Assembly (NCBI RefSeq): GCF_963921235.1
Contig: NC_086108.1
Span: forward strand, 59,832,001-59,896,000
Origin: Mobula hypostoma
Lineage: Eukaryota
DNA length: 64,000 nucleotides
Reading direction: 5' to 3'
In this document: piece by piece, positions 24,301-37,246 of the stretch
How the letters are laid out: the number at the start of each line of letters is the position of its first letter
How positions within the stretch are numbered: position 1 is the first letter of the stretch
Made by a program: the position numbers and the translations under genes
The notes under the pieces: generated by a model
What the model was told of the DNA's origin: nothing
The model's input: the letters and a program-made list of their open reading frames with translations, nothing else
Databases searched by the model: none

Positions 24301-24822
24301 TGTCATGGTCCTGATCGTTAATTCCCTATTTTCTTCTAATTTCCTTTGATTGTGCCAATTTCCCATTAATTTCATTAATTTCCCATTTGCTCCTAATTCT
24401 CTTTGATGACAGAACACCTGGTTTCCATCAGGACCTGCAGCATAAGAACCCCGGCGTTACAACCACTAGTTGCCATGTCATTGGTTTTGCCTGTGTGGTG
24501 ATTAACGTTTCCCAGCCGCTTAGGTCTGTGTGTTCTAAGTTTTGCTCCAGTACCGAGAATTACCTGTGAAACTCAGTCTCTTTGTGTCAGGATCAGTTTT
24601 CCAAGCTCTACTCCTGTTCCGAGATTTACCTGTGAAACCCAGCCTCTCTGCGTCAAGATAAGTCTTCTGAAGTTTTACTTCAGCACCGAGGTTTGCCTGC
24701 ATAACTCTGTCTCTCCGTGCTGAGAAGAGTTTTGTCTGCTGCTTCCCTTTCTAACGTGCTGTGTCCTAACTACATCTCCGTTCCTGTGTCCTGTACTTAG
24801 GTTCGCCTCATTCATTGCAACA
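24301..24822. mobile_element. Solo LTR, 522 bp
   Basis: TGTCA...CAACA termini; 5-bp TSD catcc at 24296-24300 and 24823-24827; three internal repeats of about 66 bp. Confidence 0.85.
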
Positions 24823-24904
24823 CATCCATCACTGCCTTTTTAAACTTCAGCCAGCTTGGTGTGTTCTCCACTGTCAGAGCTTCAAAACAGTTCTTCACTC
24901 CCTC

Positions 24905-25085
24905 AGGTTTGGGGGCTAAGGACCGTTCTGTTTTTGTGCAGGGGATGGTGGGTTTGCTGTTTCTCTCTGAACTGACTTTCGTGGCTTTTTTTGGTTTTGT
25001 GGCTACAGTATCTGGAGAAGAAGAATCTCAGAGTTATATATGGGTACATACTTTAATAATAAATTAACCTTTGAACCTTTGAAAT
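24905..25085 (+). mobile_element. Rex1-type 3' tail fragment
   Basis: gaagaatctcagagttatatatgg...aataaattaacctttgaacctttga. Confidence 0.6.
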
Positions 25086-25089
25086 AACC

Positions 25090-25990
25090 TGAAGACAGTG
25101 TTCGACTTGAATTGGCTATAACTGGCTTGACACGGCCTGATTCAAGGAAAATGGTGAGGTGCTTAGATACTGTGGCCTTTCGGGGTCCAACCAAGAGTTT
25201 AATTGTTTATCCTTTACATCCCTTTCATGATTGCAAGATACTGCTGGTTTCCAAGAACATCAAGTATTGCAAGTCTACCCCACAAGTGAGTTGCTTGATA
25301 GTGGTGGAGCTGGACTTGTTGCACACTGTGTTGCCTGCTTTAGCCACCCAGGGGAGGAGGTGCACGGTAGTGGTGTGCTATCCAACGGATAGTGCAGGTG
25401 ATTGTCTTGGACATCTTTGTTGTGATTGCAAGACGCTATTGGACATTGGTAATGTAGAATACTGCGAGTCCGATTCATTAGTCTTTTGGCAACACCAACG
25501 GTGGAGGAGCCACGTGGCCTCGGTTGTGGTGCGGACCAGGCCCTCAAGCCTCAGGGTCACCTGTTGCGGCCTCCGGGGAGGGAGACACCAGAGCTGGCTG
25601 TGTGCCACTGTATTCCATACTGTGTTGGTGATTGACCTCTCCTGTTGTTGCTCACTCGGTGGAAGACAACCTGGATTGCAGTTATCTGTGGCTGTACTGT
25701 GCGATATAAGGAACAGCTGTGGGCTTGTTCTTGCGGAAACATGGCTCCAGGGCAACATCTATGCACCATCAGTCTTCAAGCCATCACACTCAGAAACATG
25801 GCTTAGACTAATAATTTTTAATATTTTTTTGTAACTGTACATATCTTAGCTAACATAATTACATGTGCTTTATGTGCTGTATGCAGTGTGTGTCCGTTGG
25901 TTCTATGTTTGCAACTTCTCCCCAGAGGAACACTGGTTTGTTTGGATGTACTTGTGTGCATGGCTGAATGCCAATTAAACTTGAACATAA
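25090..25990 (+). mobile_element. Internally deleted non-autonomous LINE (Rex1/Babar-like)
   Basis: Residual APE motif DIRNSCGLVLAETWL at about 25703-25750; attaaacttgaac tail; sibling copy at 28340-28920. Confidence 0.6.
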
Positions 25991-26861
25991 ACAAAGGAAT
26001 AACATTAGAGGTAGATCTTAATTTGGAAGGAGAACAATGAGATAATGTTATCTGTAGCTTTGGGCCAGAACCAATGAAAACTAGGCACAGGTGAACCAAC
26101 AAGTCAGAACAGATTAGAAAAAAGAATAAAAATGAAGGATTTTGGAGGTAGAGCTGTGAGAACTCTGGAGGCTAACCATCGCAAGGAAGACACCCTTTCC
26201 ACCGCACCTCTTCCCCTGCACCTCCCCCACCCTCGTAGCCCGTGCACCCCGGGCAGTGAACAAAAAAGGTTGCCTGTTTGGCCAACAGAAGATCCCTTAT
26301 TTTGATAAGCTAAGTGGAAGAAGTAGTTTAGGTGAATGCTGTTACTAAAGGAAACATAGCATTCAGGAACTGTTAACCTGGAGCGAACATAACTTACATG
26401 GATGTTTGCAATGATACAATGAAGTTGATACCATAAAGTTGGAAGCTTGAATTAATTACATTTATGTGCTCATTTCCCTAACCTGACTTAGTTAATTAAG
26501 CCAAGGGTCAACAAACCTGACCTGACTTTCACCCGACAACTTATTGTACAAACCTGTGATAGATCCAGAAATGATTAAATGGAGCAGCCTCTTGTGTCTT
26601 CATAAACAAATTAAATCCCTGGTTGATTTCACCTTTCAGTAGCTCAGACACGTGAAGCCAAGAGAATAATTTCTCTTGTTGCAAGTGAGATTGGCCTTCC
26701 TGGTCCCTGTGCCATAGTCGATAAGGCCAAATCTGTGCCATAATTTTCATTATGATATTCCCAAAAATACAGAGGGTGCCAACCCGTACAACAGCCTGAG
26801 TTACACAAAAATTCAGTGTGTATCTCCTCTTCAGTTGCCTCATTGAACACCCACGGCTACA

Positions 26862-27415
26862 TGATAAACACCGGAGAGTCCTCAGATGCTGGAAATCCAG
26901 ATTACCACACACAAAATGCTGGAGGAACTAAGCAGGTCAGGCAGCATCTATGGAGAGGAATGAGCAGTTGGTGCTTTATCAGGTCTGGAAAGGAAGGGAA
27001 AGAAACCAGAATAAGAAGGTGGGGAGGGGGGAGGGGAAGGAGTACAAGCTGGCAGGTGACAGGTGAAACCAGGTGAGGGGGAAGGTGGATGGGTGGGAGT
27101 GGAAAAAGGGAAAAAGGGAACGAGGAAGGGCATCAGTGGGAGGTGATAGGTAGGTGAGGATAAGAGAAGGGGTAAGAAGGGAGCAAGAATGGGAAATGGA
27201 AAAAGAGAGAAGGAGGAGAGGGGAGTAATTACCAAAGTGAGAGAAATTGATGTTCATGCCATCAGGTTGGAGACTACCCTGATGGAATATGAGATGTTGT
27301 TCCTGGAAGTTGAGTGTGGCCTCATTGTGGCAGCAGAGGAGGCCATGGACCTCAATATTGGAAAAAGGAATGGGAAGTAGAATTAAAATAGGCAGCCACT
27401 GAGAAAACCCACCTG
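26862..27415 (-). mobile_element. Penelope-like 3' fragment; hammerhead stem II deleted
   Basis: Minus translation VHGLLCCHNEATLNFQEQHLIFHQGSLQPDGMNINFS; terminus cagatgctggaaatcc. Confidence 0.88.
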
Positions 27416-28339
27416 CTGTGGACAGAATAAAGGTGCTCAAATGCATGATTTTTTTTTCTTCCTGAGATTGGAAACTGTGAAAAGTCACTCACGCCTTGTA
27501 AATTCAAAGACAATGAAATAAGGGAATAATATTGGCAGGACAACGTAATCAAGACAATTTACATGCATTGCATAATAACATTATCTCTCTTTTCTTAAGA
27601 GCCATAAGTGACAACTATAATCTAGTACTACCTCACCTGTCCATAGCATTAGGCATTTAGAACTGATAATTTAAAGCCATGTGAGGAATTCACTTTATTA
27701 TTACTAAAATCTGATGTGAACTCTTGCTACTGGTCTCCTCACGCCAATGCAGACTGAATATTTCACGGCATCTTCTCAATGCTGAACCTATAGAGTTCAT
27801 TACATGATATGGCAGGCTGACATACCACGAACTGTGGTAAATCATTGAGTTCAGAAAGACGTTTCAGCTTTACTGAAAAGATAAAGGAACAAGCAGACTG
27901 GAAAATGCAGAGAAATTTAAAGTTCTCTTCACAAAGGAGTTTGTGATTACCTATTACTGTTGTTATCTGCATCACTGGCTGTACCACCTAAGTAGGTGTC
28001 TTCCTGACAGAGCCATGAAAGTTGCCTGTTAATCCTTCATTACTGTCAGTGCAGCTCAACTTCAAAGGAACTCCAGGAGTAAATCTGGCATATTTAGTTT
28101 TGAATGGCCATGGACAGCAAAACAGAAAATGGGAGGAGAAGTCTCAATAATAAACAGAAACTAGTGATAGGACTGAATTATTTGCAACCATATTCATCCA
28201 GAAGTACTGTGTGGATAACCTGTACTAGCTTTCTGCCGTCTTCTATACTCCTTCAGAAGCCAAATTGCCACCAAGTCAAGATAGGCAGTGGAGCCAGATC
28301 AAGTTCATGTTTAATTATCATCAGATGGTTGAATGTAGA

Positions 28340-28920
28340 AGGACAATCTACATTTGTACATGACAGTAGATTGTCCTGCTCCAGCTTGTTCTTCCACCAA
28401 GCGAACACCAGAGAGCAGCACTGAGTGAAACACTGGAGGACTGCTTCAAGGGGAGGGACCACCCCCAACCCAGTAAGGGTTCCAGTGAGGCCAACAAAGT
28501 CCCCACTCTCTCCCACACAAGGCTCTCCTCCCCTGTGTAACATGCTTGCCACAATCAAGTCAATGCAGCTCCCCCACTGTTGGACTTGCCAGTGAATCAG
28601 CGAACCAGACGTGCAGTATTCTACATTACCAATGTCCAACACGGTCTTGCGATCACAATAAAAAAACATCCAAGACGGTCACTCACTCCAGTTGTTCGAC
28701 TATGCACCATCTCAGTACAATGGCATGCAACAAGTTCAGGTGATAAGATAATGACAGTTAGCAGTAAGTCAGGCTGCATCACTGTCCACCAACTCACTAA
28801 CCGGATAGTCCTGCAGTAATTTATGTTCTTAGTGTCCAGCAGTGACTTGAGATCATAAGAAAGACATACAAGACGAACAAATACACCATTGATTGGACCT
28901 GGAGTGGTTGCCGCATCCAA
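28340..28920 (-). mobile_element. Sibling of the 25090-25990 non-autonomous element
   Basis: cagtattctacattaccaatgtccaa at about 28614 is the reverse complement of about 25440-25465. Confidence 0.65.
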
Positions 28921-29680
28921 GTGGAAGTCAAACTTACCCTTTACATTTCCTTGAAATTTGGCCCCTTAACTTAAATTTGTGCTGTTTAGTTTTGAACTCC
29001 CCTCTGCTGAGAAAAGAAACATTCTATCCGTATAGCCCAGAATGTTATAAGCATGAACCTCCTCTGTTCCAGACAGAACAAACAATGCTTGTCCGATCTC
29101 TCCTTAGAAGTAATCTATTCAATTCCAGGCAACCTACTGATGAATCTCTCTGCAATTTTTCTAACACTACCACATCCTTCGTGTAATCTTGTTATGCCAT
29201 TCTGTCATTCTTTCTGTAACTGTTCTAGGCACTGGAACAGTGTCTCCAGTGCTGCCTCTACAAAGTCAAACCGCCAGCATATTAGATGAACTAATGTCAC
29301 TGTCTTCTACCAGACTGAGTCCCAAGCATCAAAGCTGTGATCGCACTCAATCAATTCTGGTGGGTGAAGAACTTTGTCTGAACGCTAAACACAAGACCGC
29401 TAAGGAATTCACTCTGCTATGAAGTAACACATACAAAATGCTAGAGGTACTCAGTGGGTCTGACAGCACCTATGGAGGGAGATGAACAATCATGTTTCAT
29501 CATAAATGCTCCTTGACCCAGTTCTTCCAGCATTTTGCGTCTGTTACGCAAGAACATAGAACAAAGAAATCTGTAGCATATAACAGACCCTTCGGCCCAC
29601 AATGTTGTGCCTAGAATTTCCCTACCACATAGCCTTCTATTTTTCTGAGCTTCATGCACCTATCTAAGAGTCTCTTAAAA

Positions 29681-30881
29681 CAGCGGTCCCCAACCACTGG
29701 GCCGCGGACCAGTACTGGGCCGCAAAGCATGCGCTACTGGGCCGTGAGGAAATGATATGATTTGGCGATATGAGTCAGCTGCATCTTTCCTCATTCCCTG
29801 TCACGCACTGTTGAGCTTCAACGCACGGGAGGTCATTACCCGCGCGTCATCCATGTCGGAGCGGGAAAGAGGTCAACTCCTGGAGCTTGCAAATAACAGT
29901 GGGCTGAAAAGCATGTTTGACATAACATCTCTGCCGGCATTCTGGATCAAAGTCAAGGTTAAATATCCTGAGATAGCCACGAAAGCACTGAAAACGTTGC
30001 TTCCATCTCCAACATATCTCTGCAATGAATGCAAAGAAAACTAAATTGCGGAATAGACTGGACATAAGGAACCCCCTTCGAGTATCGCTGTCTCCCATCA
30101 CCCCTCGATGGGACCGTCTCATTGCAGGGAAACAAGCCCAGGGCTCCCACTGATTCAGTGATATTGGTGTGTTGCAATGATTTTATATGTTCATACGGGA
30201 AAATATGTGCTGTGTGTTTAATATCCAAACGTTACTTAAAATGTTATGATGCTATTGACCTATATAACCATATAACAATTACAGCACGGAAACAGGCCAT
30301 CTCTGCCCTTCCAGTCCGTGCCAAACGCTACTCTCACCTAGTCCCACTGACCTGCACTCAGCCCATAACCATCCATTCCTTTCCTGTCCATATACCTATC
30401 CAATTTTTATTTGCATGATAATATCAAACCCACCTATACCACTTCTACTGGAAGTTCGTTCAACTCTTACTTCAAGCTCCCCTGTCCTCCCCTGATAATT
30501 GACTTATCACTATATTCATGTGAGGAAAATATGCGCTGCGTGTTTAATATTAAATTCGTTAGATAAACCTTGTTAGAAACGAAATTGAGTGTATTAGCCA
30601 CTTATCACCTATATTCCGGTCGAGATTAACCCCACCTCAAACAGAATCGCCAAAAACGATTTGTGGAAAAGAATCGGCAGGTGCACGCATGCGCAGGCTA
30701 CTCATGCGCACTGGTGCCTACGCAAGGCTTCATGGTCATTGTAGTCTATTGGGGTAAACCCAAATTTGACTGCTACTCTTGTCCGTCGTCTCTTACCGCC
30801 CCCCCACCAGTGTCGGCCAGTCTGCAAGAATATTGTCAATATTAAACCGGTCCGCAGTGCAAAAAAGGTTGGTGACCCCTG
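29681..30881 (+). mobile_element. Non-autonomous hAT (Charlie-type) DNA transposon, 1201 bp
   Basis: 15-bp TIRs cagcggtccccaacc / ggttggtgacccctg (13/15 match); 8-bp TSD tcttaaaa at 29673-29680 and 30882-30889. Confidence 0.93.
29873..30153 (+). pseudogene. hAT transposase C-terminal dimerisation-domain fragment
   Basis: SLPAFWIKVKVKYPEIATKALKTLLP..TYLC, then after a frameshift KTKLRNRLD...LRVSLS...KQAQGSH*. Confidence 0.85.
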
Positions 30882-33426
30882 TCTTAAAAGACCTGATTGT
30901 ATCTGCTTCCAGCACGGTCACTGACAGTGCATTCCACACACCCACCACTCCCTGTGTGAAAAACTTACCTCTGACATCCCCCTGTGCCTTCTTCCAAGCA
31001 CCTTAAAACTATGCCCCCTTCATGTTAGCCATTTCAGTCCTGAGAAAAAGCCTTTGGCTATCCACACGATCAATGCCTCTTATTGTCTTATACACCTCTA
31101 TCAGGTCACCTCTCATCCTCCATCATTCCAAGGAGAAAAGGCCAAGTTCACTCAACCTATTCTCATCAGGCATGCTCTCCTTGTAAACCTCCTCTGCCCT
31201 CTCTCTGTAATATCCACATCCTTCCTGTAGTGCGATGACCAGAACTAAACACAGTACTCCAAGTGGGGCCTAACTAAGGTCTTATATAGCTGGAACATTA
31301 CCTCACAACTCTTGAACTCACTTCCACAGTTCTTGAAGGCCATCACAGCATAGGTTTTCTTAACAACACTGTCAACTTGCTCAAAGTAAAGAACCCTTAC
31401 TTTCTGAATGAGCCTTGCGTGGGGGAACTTATCAAATGCCTTACTGAAGTTCATATACATCCACTGTTCTATCTTAATCAATGTGTTTTGTTACATCCGC
31501 AAAGAATTCAATCATGCTCATAAGGCACAACCTGCCCTTGACAAATCCACGCTGACTATCCCTAATCAGATTATGTCTCCCCAAATGCTTATAAATCTTG
31601 TCTCTCAGGACCTTCTCCAACAACTTGCCCACCACTGAAGTCAGACTCACTGGTCTATAATTTCCTGGGTTATCTCTGCTCCCTTTCATGAACAAAGGAA
31701 TAGCATTTGCAACCCTCCAATCCTCTGGTACTTCTCCCGTCCCTATTGATGATGCAAAGATCATCATCAAAGGCTCAGCAATCTGCTCCCTCGCTTCCCA
31801 CAGTAGCCTGGGGTGCATCTCATCCAGTCTTGGTGACTTATTTAACTTAATACCTTTCAAAAGCTCCAGCACATCCTCTTTTGTAACGTCTATACACTCA
31901 AGCATTTCAGTCCGCTGTAAGTTATCCCACAATTACCAAGGTCCTTTTCACTGATGAATTCCAGCATTTCCAGAAAATTTTGTCTCACTTATCAGCCTTC
32001 TTTGAATTCTGTCACAAGAGATTTGGGGACAACAGAAAAAAATACATCAAGATTCTTCTCAAAGTCTCTTGGAAAACATATTATATCCTTACTGATTGAT
32101 AGAAGAAGCAGGCTCCTGATGACTCCTGCGGCAGAGAAGCATCTAGGATGACAAGAAGATCCTTAGAACTCTTTAATAGGTGTACATGAAGACACAAGTA
32201 GTGAAATAACTTCATGGAGTAGCCTTGTTTTATTTTTCGTTACATTCGAATGAGACTTGGTAGAGTTGATGCAGAAATACATGAGGTATCCGGAACCAAT
32301 GAGACCAAACCTTTACAAGTTTTAATTTTTTCTGAGGCAAATCCAACAATTCTGAATCTCATAATATGACCACCTATATTTTCTGTTTATAATTTCACCA
32401 CTACCTCACATTTCTTTAAGAAGTTCTGTCACTTGTATTTGTTTTATAAGAAATATTCAACATTCTCTTCATGCACTTCAGACTTCTCTGCATATTACTT
32501 GCCAAGATGCATTTTTGAATTTGTTCGTACCTGCCAGATTCAGATATTGCCTATTTACAGTAGGTCTACAGCACGAGGTTGTGATTCCCCAAGGACATTC
32601 CCTTCTTCATATCTCACTTCTTAGTTCTGCACTTTGCATTTTTCCTTTCACTACCTCTTCATCTTTCTGCCTCCAGTTTGAAATACCTCAGCTATTTTGG
32701 GCAAAATGCATTTGAAAAACCCAGGAGTAAACTTAACTGATCTTAGACTTGGTTGATTCATTACATTTTTCCTTCTGGGTTTCAAGTTTCTGAGCTTGAT
32801 GTGTACTCTCACAGTGTGATTTCAATTTGATTATTTAAAGAGCTAATGCAAAAATTCAGAGCTGAACGAGGCAGAAGATGCTTAGCAGTAACAGAAAATC
32901 AAAAAAAACTGCAAACTGGACTTTACATACAGGTACTTCTGAGATCCCTTCCTTTTCTCTTAGCCAATGTTTTCCCTCCAGTGTCTATAATGGAGTCATT
33001 GACCAGGCTCATCCATTTCCCACACTGCTCTCAGCAACACTTCTTCAGACTAGAGTTCAGTTTTCAGTCTCTAGCACTTTTATTGAAGTTCTATTACCTG
33101 ACATCTGTCCTCTTCTCTCCTTGTCAGCATTTTGAAGAGGCTGATCCTTTCATATCTCCCTAATTAGAGTCACGGAGCATTACATCATGGAGTCAAGCCC
33201 TTCATTCTTCTCATCTATGACAACCATGGTGCTCACCAAATCTATCCCATTTGCCTGTGCTAGGTCCATATTCCCCTAAACACACATCACCCACCCCTAT
33301 CCATGCAATCATCCAAATGTTTCTGCCTCAATCACTTTCCCTTGACAGCTCATTCCATGTATGGAGTCAGAGAATAAGACAGTATATTTTCAGCCCACCT
33401 GGTCAATGCCAACCGAAATTCCCATC

Positions 33427-34263
33427 ATATAACTCTACAACAATTACAGCACAGAAACAGGTCATCTTGGCCCTTCTAGTCTGTGCTGAATGCTTACTCT
33501 CACCTAGTCCTATCTACCTGCACTCAGTCTATAACCCTCCATTCCTTTCCTGTCCATATACCTATCCAATTTTTTTTAAATGACAAAATCGAACCTGCCT
33601 CTACCACTTCTACTGGAAGCTCATTCCACACAGCTACCACTCTCTGAGTAAAGAAGTTCCCCCTCATGTTACCCGTAAACTTTTGTCCCTTAACTCTCAG
33701 CTCATGTCCTCTTGTTTGGATCTCCCCTACTCTCAATGGAAAAAGCCTGTCCACGTCAACTCTATCTAGCTCCCTTATAATTTTAAATACCTCTATCAAG
33801 TCCCCCCTCAACCTTCTATGCTCCAAAGAATAAAGACCTAACTTGTTCAACCTTTCTCTGTAACTTAGGTGCTGAAACCCAGGTAACATTCTAGTAAATC
33901 TCCTCTGTACGCTCTCTATTTTGTTGACATCTTTCCTATAATTTGGTGACCAGAACTGTACACAATACTCCAAATTTGGCCTCGCCAATGCCTTGTACAA
34001 TTTCAACATTACATCCCAACTCCTATACTCAATGCTCTGATTTATAAAGGCCAGCATACCAAAAGCTTTCTTCACCACCCTATCCACATGAGATTCCACC
34101 TTCAGGGAACTATGCACTATTATTCCTAGATCACTCTGTTCCACCACTTTCCTCAATGCCCTACCATTTACCATGCATGTCCTATTTTGATCAGTCCTAC
34201 CAAAATGCAGCACCTCACACTTATCAGCATTAAACTCCATCTGCCATCTTTCAGCCCACTCAT
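33427..34263 (-). mobile_element. CR1 3' fragment, relatively young (238-aa open RT C-terminus)
   Basis: ORF 33524-34240: MEFNADKCEVLHFG...LEYCVQFWSP...RRLRGDLIEVFK. Confidence 0.93.
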
Positions 34264-37246
34264 CTGTTAGTCCTATTTGCCTATGTTTGCTCCTTATCCC
34301 TCTAACCTTTCCTATCTATGTACATATCTTCAAACTACCTAGGTTATTTAGTTGTACAGGCATCAGAAGGCAATTTTGAAAAGTTGTTAGTTATTAAGGA
34401 AATGTTTGATTTACTTTAATGCTGACTGATTACTACTCCTTCAAACAAGCGCAATTTATTAGAAACAATAGCAGAAATGCTGGAAGATCTCATCCAGTCA
34501 ATTCAAGCAACATCCATGGAAACAGAATGTTACCTGACTGCCTGCATTCTTACAGCATTCCCATTATTACTTCAATTCCAACATTTGCAGTTTTATTTAT
34601 TCCCAAGTGCCATTTGCTATTTGATCTAAGGGCCTGGATTTATTGTTTTCATTTTGTGTGAATTTAAATCAGGTAATTTGTAAATGTCTCACTTAACATT
34701 CCTATCTTATAGGCTTAATTCTGTGATAATCCCATTTTTGGCTGCATCAAAAAATGGCAACCGTTCTTAAAGAATATCTTTCATCAGCTGAAATAATGAT
34801 TGTGTTCCATTATGATGACTACAATTATTTACTCAGTTGTTTATGTTTACAATTACTCAAGTTCAGCTTAGTAGAATTGGGCTTGGCAAAACTAACCATT
34901 AATTTGTGCCGAATTTCCAGGAATTTCCAGAATTTGTGCTCCAGGGAGGAAAATCCACGCTTTAACCCACAGCCTTACAAAGCACTATTGATCTCAGGCG
35001 GGTTGATAGAAATGATGGCTTGAAAGGGGATATTGCTGAAAGCTTTTGTGAATATAGACTTTTCAATTAAAGCACTTTGACTTCTTGCCCATTAGTTCTG
35101 ATATGCTGTCATTCATCCCTACAAAGTGAGTATGCTCTTGCAAAGGTGCAGTAAAACAAAGATGTTAGAGACCTAGAGTTAGAGTGAATAGGACAGAAAA
35201 CCTCAGCAATCAGATCTATGAAATTTGTGGAGAATATTGTGAACTGATAAAACTATCTACACTGGACAATCCAAATTTTAAACCAGCAAACTTCCTTTCA
35301 GTTCTTGGTTTCACTTCACAGACAAATTTCTCGAGTCCTGGAAACCAAAACTGTAGGTGTTAAAACAAATTCTCTTCACAAATCATTTGAATATCACTTA
35401 ATTATCATATGCTAATATAAAACTCTAGTCGGCAGTGATTTGCATCAGTCAAAAGCTTTTCTAAGAATTTTTTTAGAAATAGACTGTGATCACACTTTAA
35501 TTCTATCTAATATTTTACTTCCTACCTGCCCCACTCACCCTTCAGGTTTAGAATGTTCTCCAATGTATCTGAATTTCAGAGCTGGGAAATTTATTGAATT
35601 ACAATATTGAGTTCAAATAGAACATGGAAGAACTTAAACACTAAAGAAAACTACGATTTAAAAAGCAAAACTTAAGGAACTGTCTATGACAATGGCATTC
35701 AGCACCATCCCCCATACTTAATTACATGTCAGATGTATTTAGCAGATCACTAGGTATTAAATTTAATTGCTCATTGTTTCAAAATGTTATTACTATGTCT
35801 TTTCCAAATGAGCATTTATAACCATCTCATTCATTTACAAAATTGTCAAACCCCTTCATTCTTCAATACACAAACTAGGAAATTAAACTGAAACATCTGC
35901 CAAAATCAAATCTACTGAGAAACAAAGTCCCAAATCCTTCAACAGAAAACAAAGGCCATTTCACTCTGCAGGAAATTAATGATCATCAGACAGGAAGCAG
36001 AATCTAACGCCTTGACTCGCCTCTAATAAAAATGCACATAGAACTTTATGAAAAGTTAAGAAAATTAATGATCAATACGTATATAGGAACAAAATATGTC
36101 CAAATCAGTGTATTATATATTCTAGATGGAAACTGGGAGGTGTACATATTTCCACAACATTAATATTCTCCTTTTTGTTAATGACCAAGATTGCAGGGCA
36201 AGTAACTTTGGTGAATTAATGCAATGTTGTTCTGAGTTCCATGGATATGGCTACCAGAGTATAATGGAACAAGCGACTACAAAGTCTAGTGAAAGGCAGA
36301 CCAAGAAAACAAATTGTTCTTTCCTTTTAAAAGCTGTAGCTAAATAAAATAAATGATTTTCTTCTTCTATTAATTGCCCTTTGAAAATAAATTGCTGCAA
36401 TCTTGCAGTAATGCTGTTCCCATGACAATGTCAAGAAGGGAATGATTTACTGACAATGGCGGAAGGCAATACCACGTCATCAGAACGCTATGATTTCCTA
36501 GTGTTACAATTCACCAGGCTTTCTGTTATCTTCTGCTATATTTCTGGCTGCATGATCATCCCCAGATTTAATCAGCTCACCAATGTTAGCTCCATGTTCA
36601 ATTGTAAAGGCTCCAAATTGTGGAAATCCCTTCTTGATCCTTTGCTTTTCTTTCATGTCTATTCTTTTGAAACAATAAAATATTCTGTGTAATCTGGTTC
36701 TTTCTCCAATCTTTTGATCATCTCTTCTAAACTTTCTTTATGTACCACTGTGCCAAGTGTAGTCTGATTAGCATTCAGATGTGAAAAAGTCCCCTAAGCA
36801 TTTCTTTTTCTACCACCTTGTTGATAAATCCTGCAGGAATGTTCATTTCATGTACATTTGCCAACTTTTAGTGGGTATCTTGTGGACCCCTCCTGTCACA
36901 ATGGAGAGTGTGTTTATTGAATCAAACGAGAGCAAGTCTGCCTGTTAACCACTCCATCCTGAATAAATATCAAGGTTTATGAATGTTGCTGTATCTGATT
37001 TTTGACATGAATTTTGCATGCATAGGACATGCTTTGACTTGTCAGTGTGTGGGTAGTCAGTGATAAAAATCTGGACTTTCTCCTACATTTTATTCATTTT
37101 TATTCTAACAAGCCTGCACTGCCCAATTGCATGTGTAACTGTTTAACCTACCACCTGTATATCTTTGGAATAATAGGAGAAAACCCAGCTGGTCCTGTGG
37201 CGAACCAGACGGCAGCAGAATTGAACTAGAGTCACTGGTGCTGTGT

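Larger units (their letters stand above)
21828..24900 (-). mobile_element. RTE-clade LINE, degraded, interrupted by a CR1 and a solo LTR
   Basis: (cat)n tail at about 21830; minus ORFs IKRGVRQRCALSPDLFN, LQYMDNTVLIA, FNYLGSTITSDGR, RWSEYMADLF. Confidence 0.88.
29552..31955 (-). mobile_element. CR1 LINE 3' part (29552-29680 and 30882-31955), split by a hAT element
   Basis: agaacatagaac tail; minus ORFs NYRPVSLTSVVGK, FSKAFDKFPH, LYKTLVRPHLEYCV. Confidence 0.9.

Noticed and set aside
25112..25834. 240-aa ORF as a host gene
   Set aside because: It lies within a repeated non-autonomous element, has a TTG start, and only a short APE remnant is recognisable.
29757..30044. Domesticated ZBED/SCAND-like host gene
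   Set aside because: A frameshifted fragment bounded by TIRs and an 8-bp TSD, so a transposon remnant.
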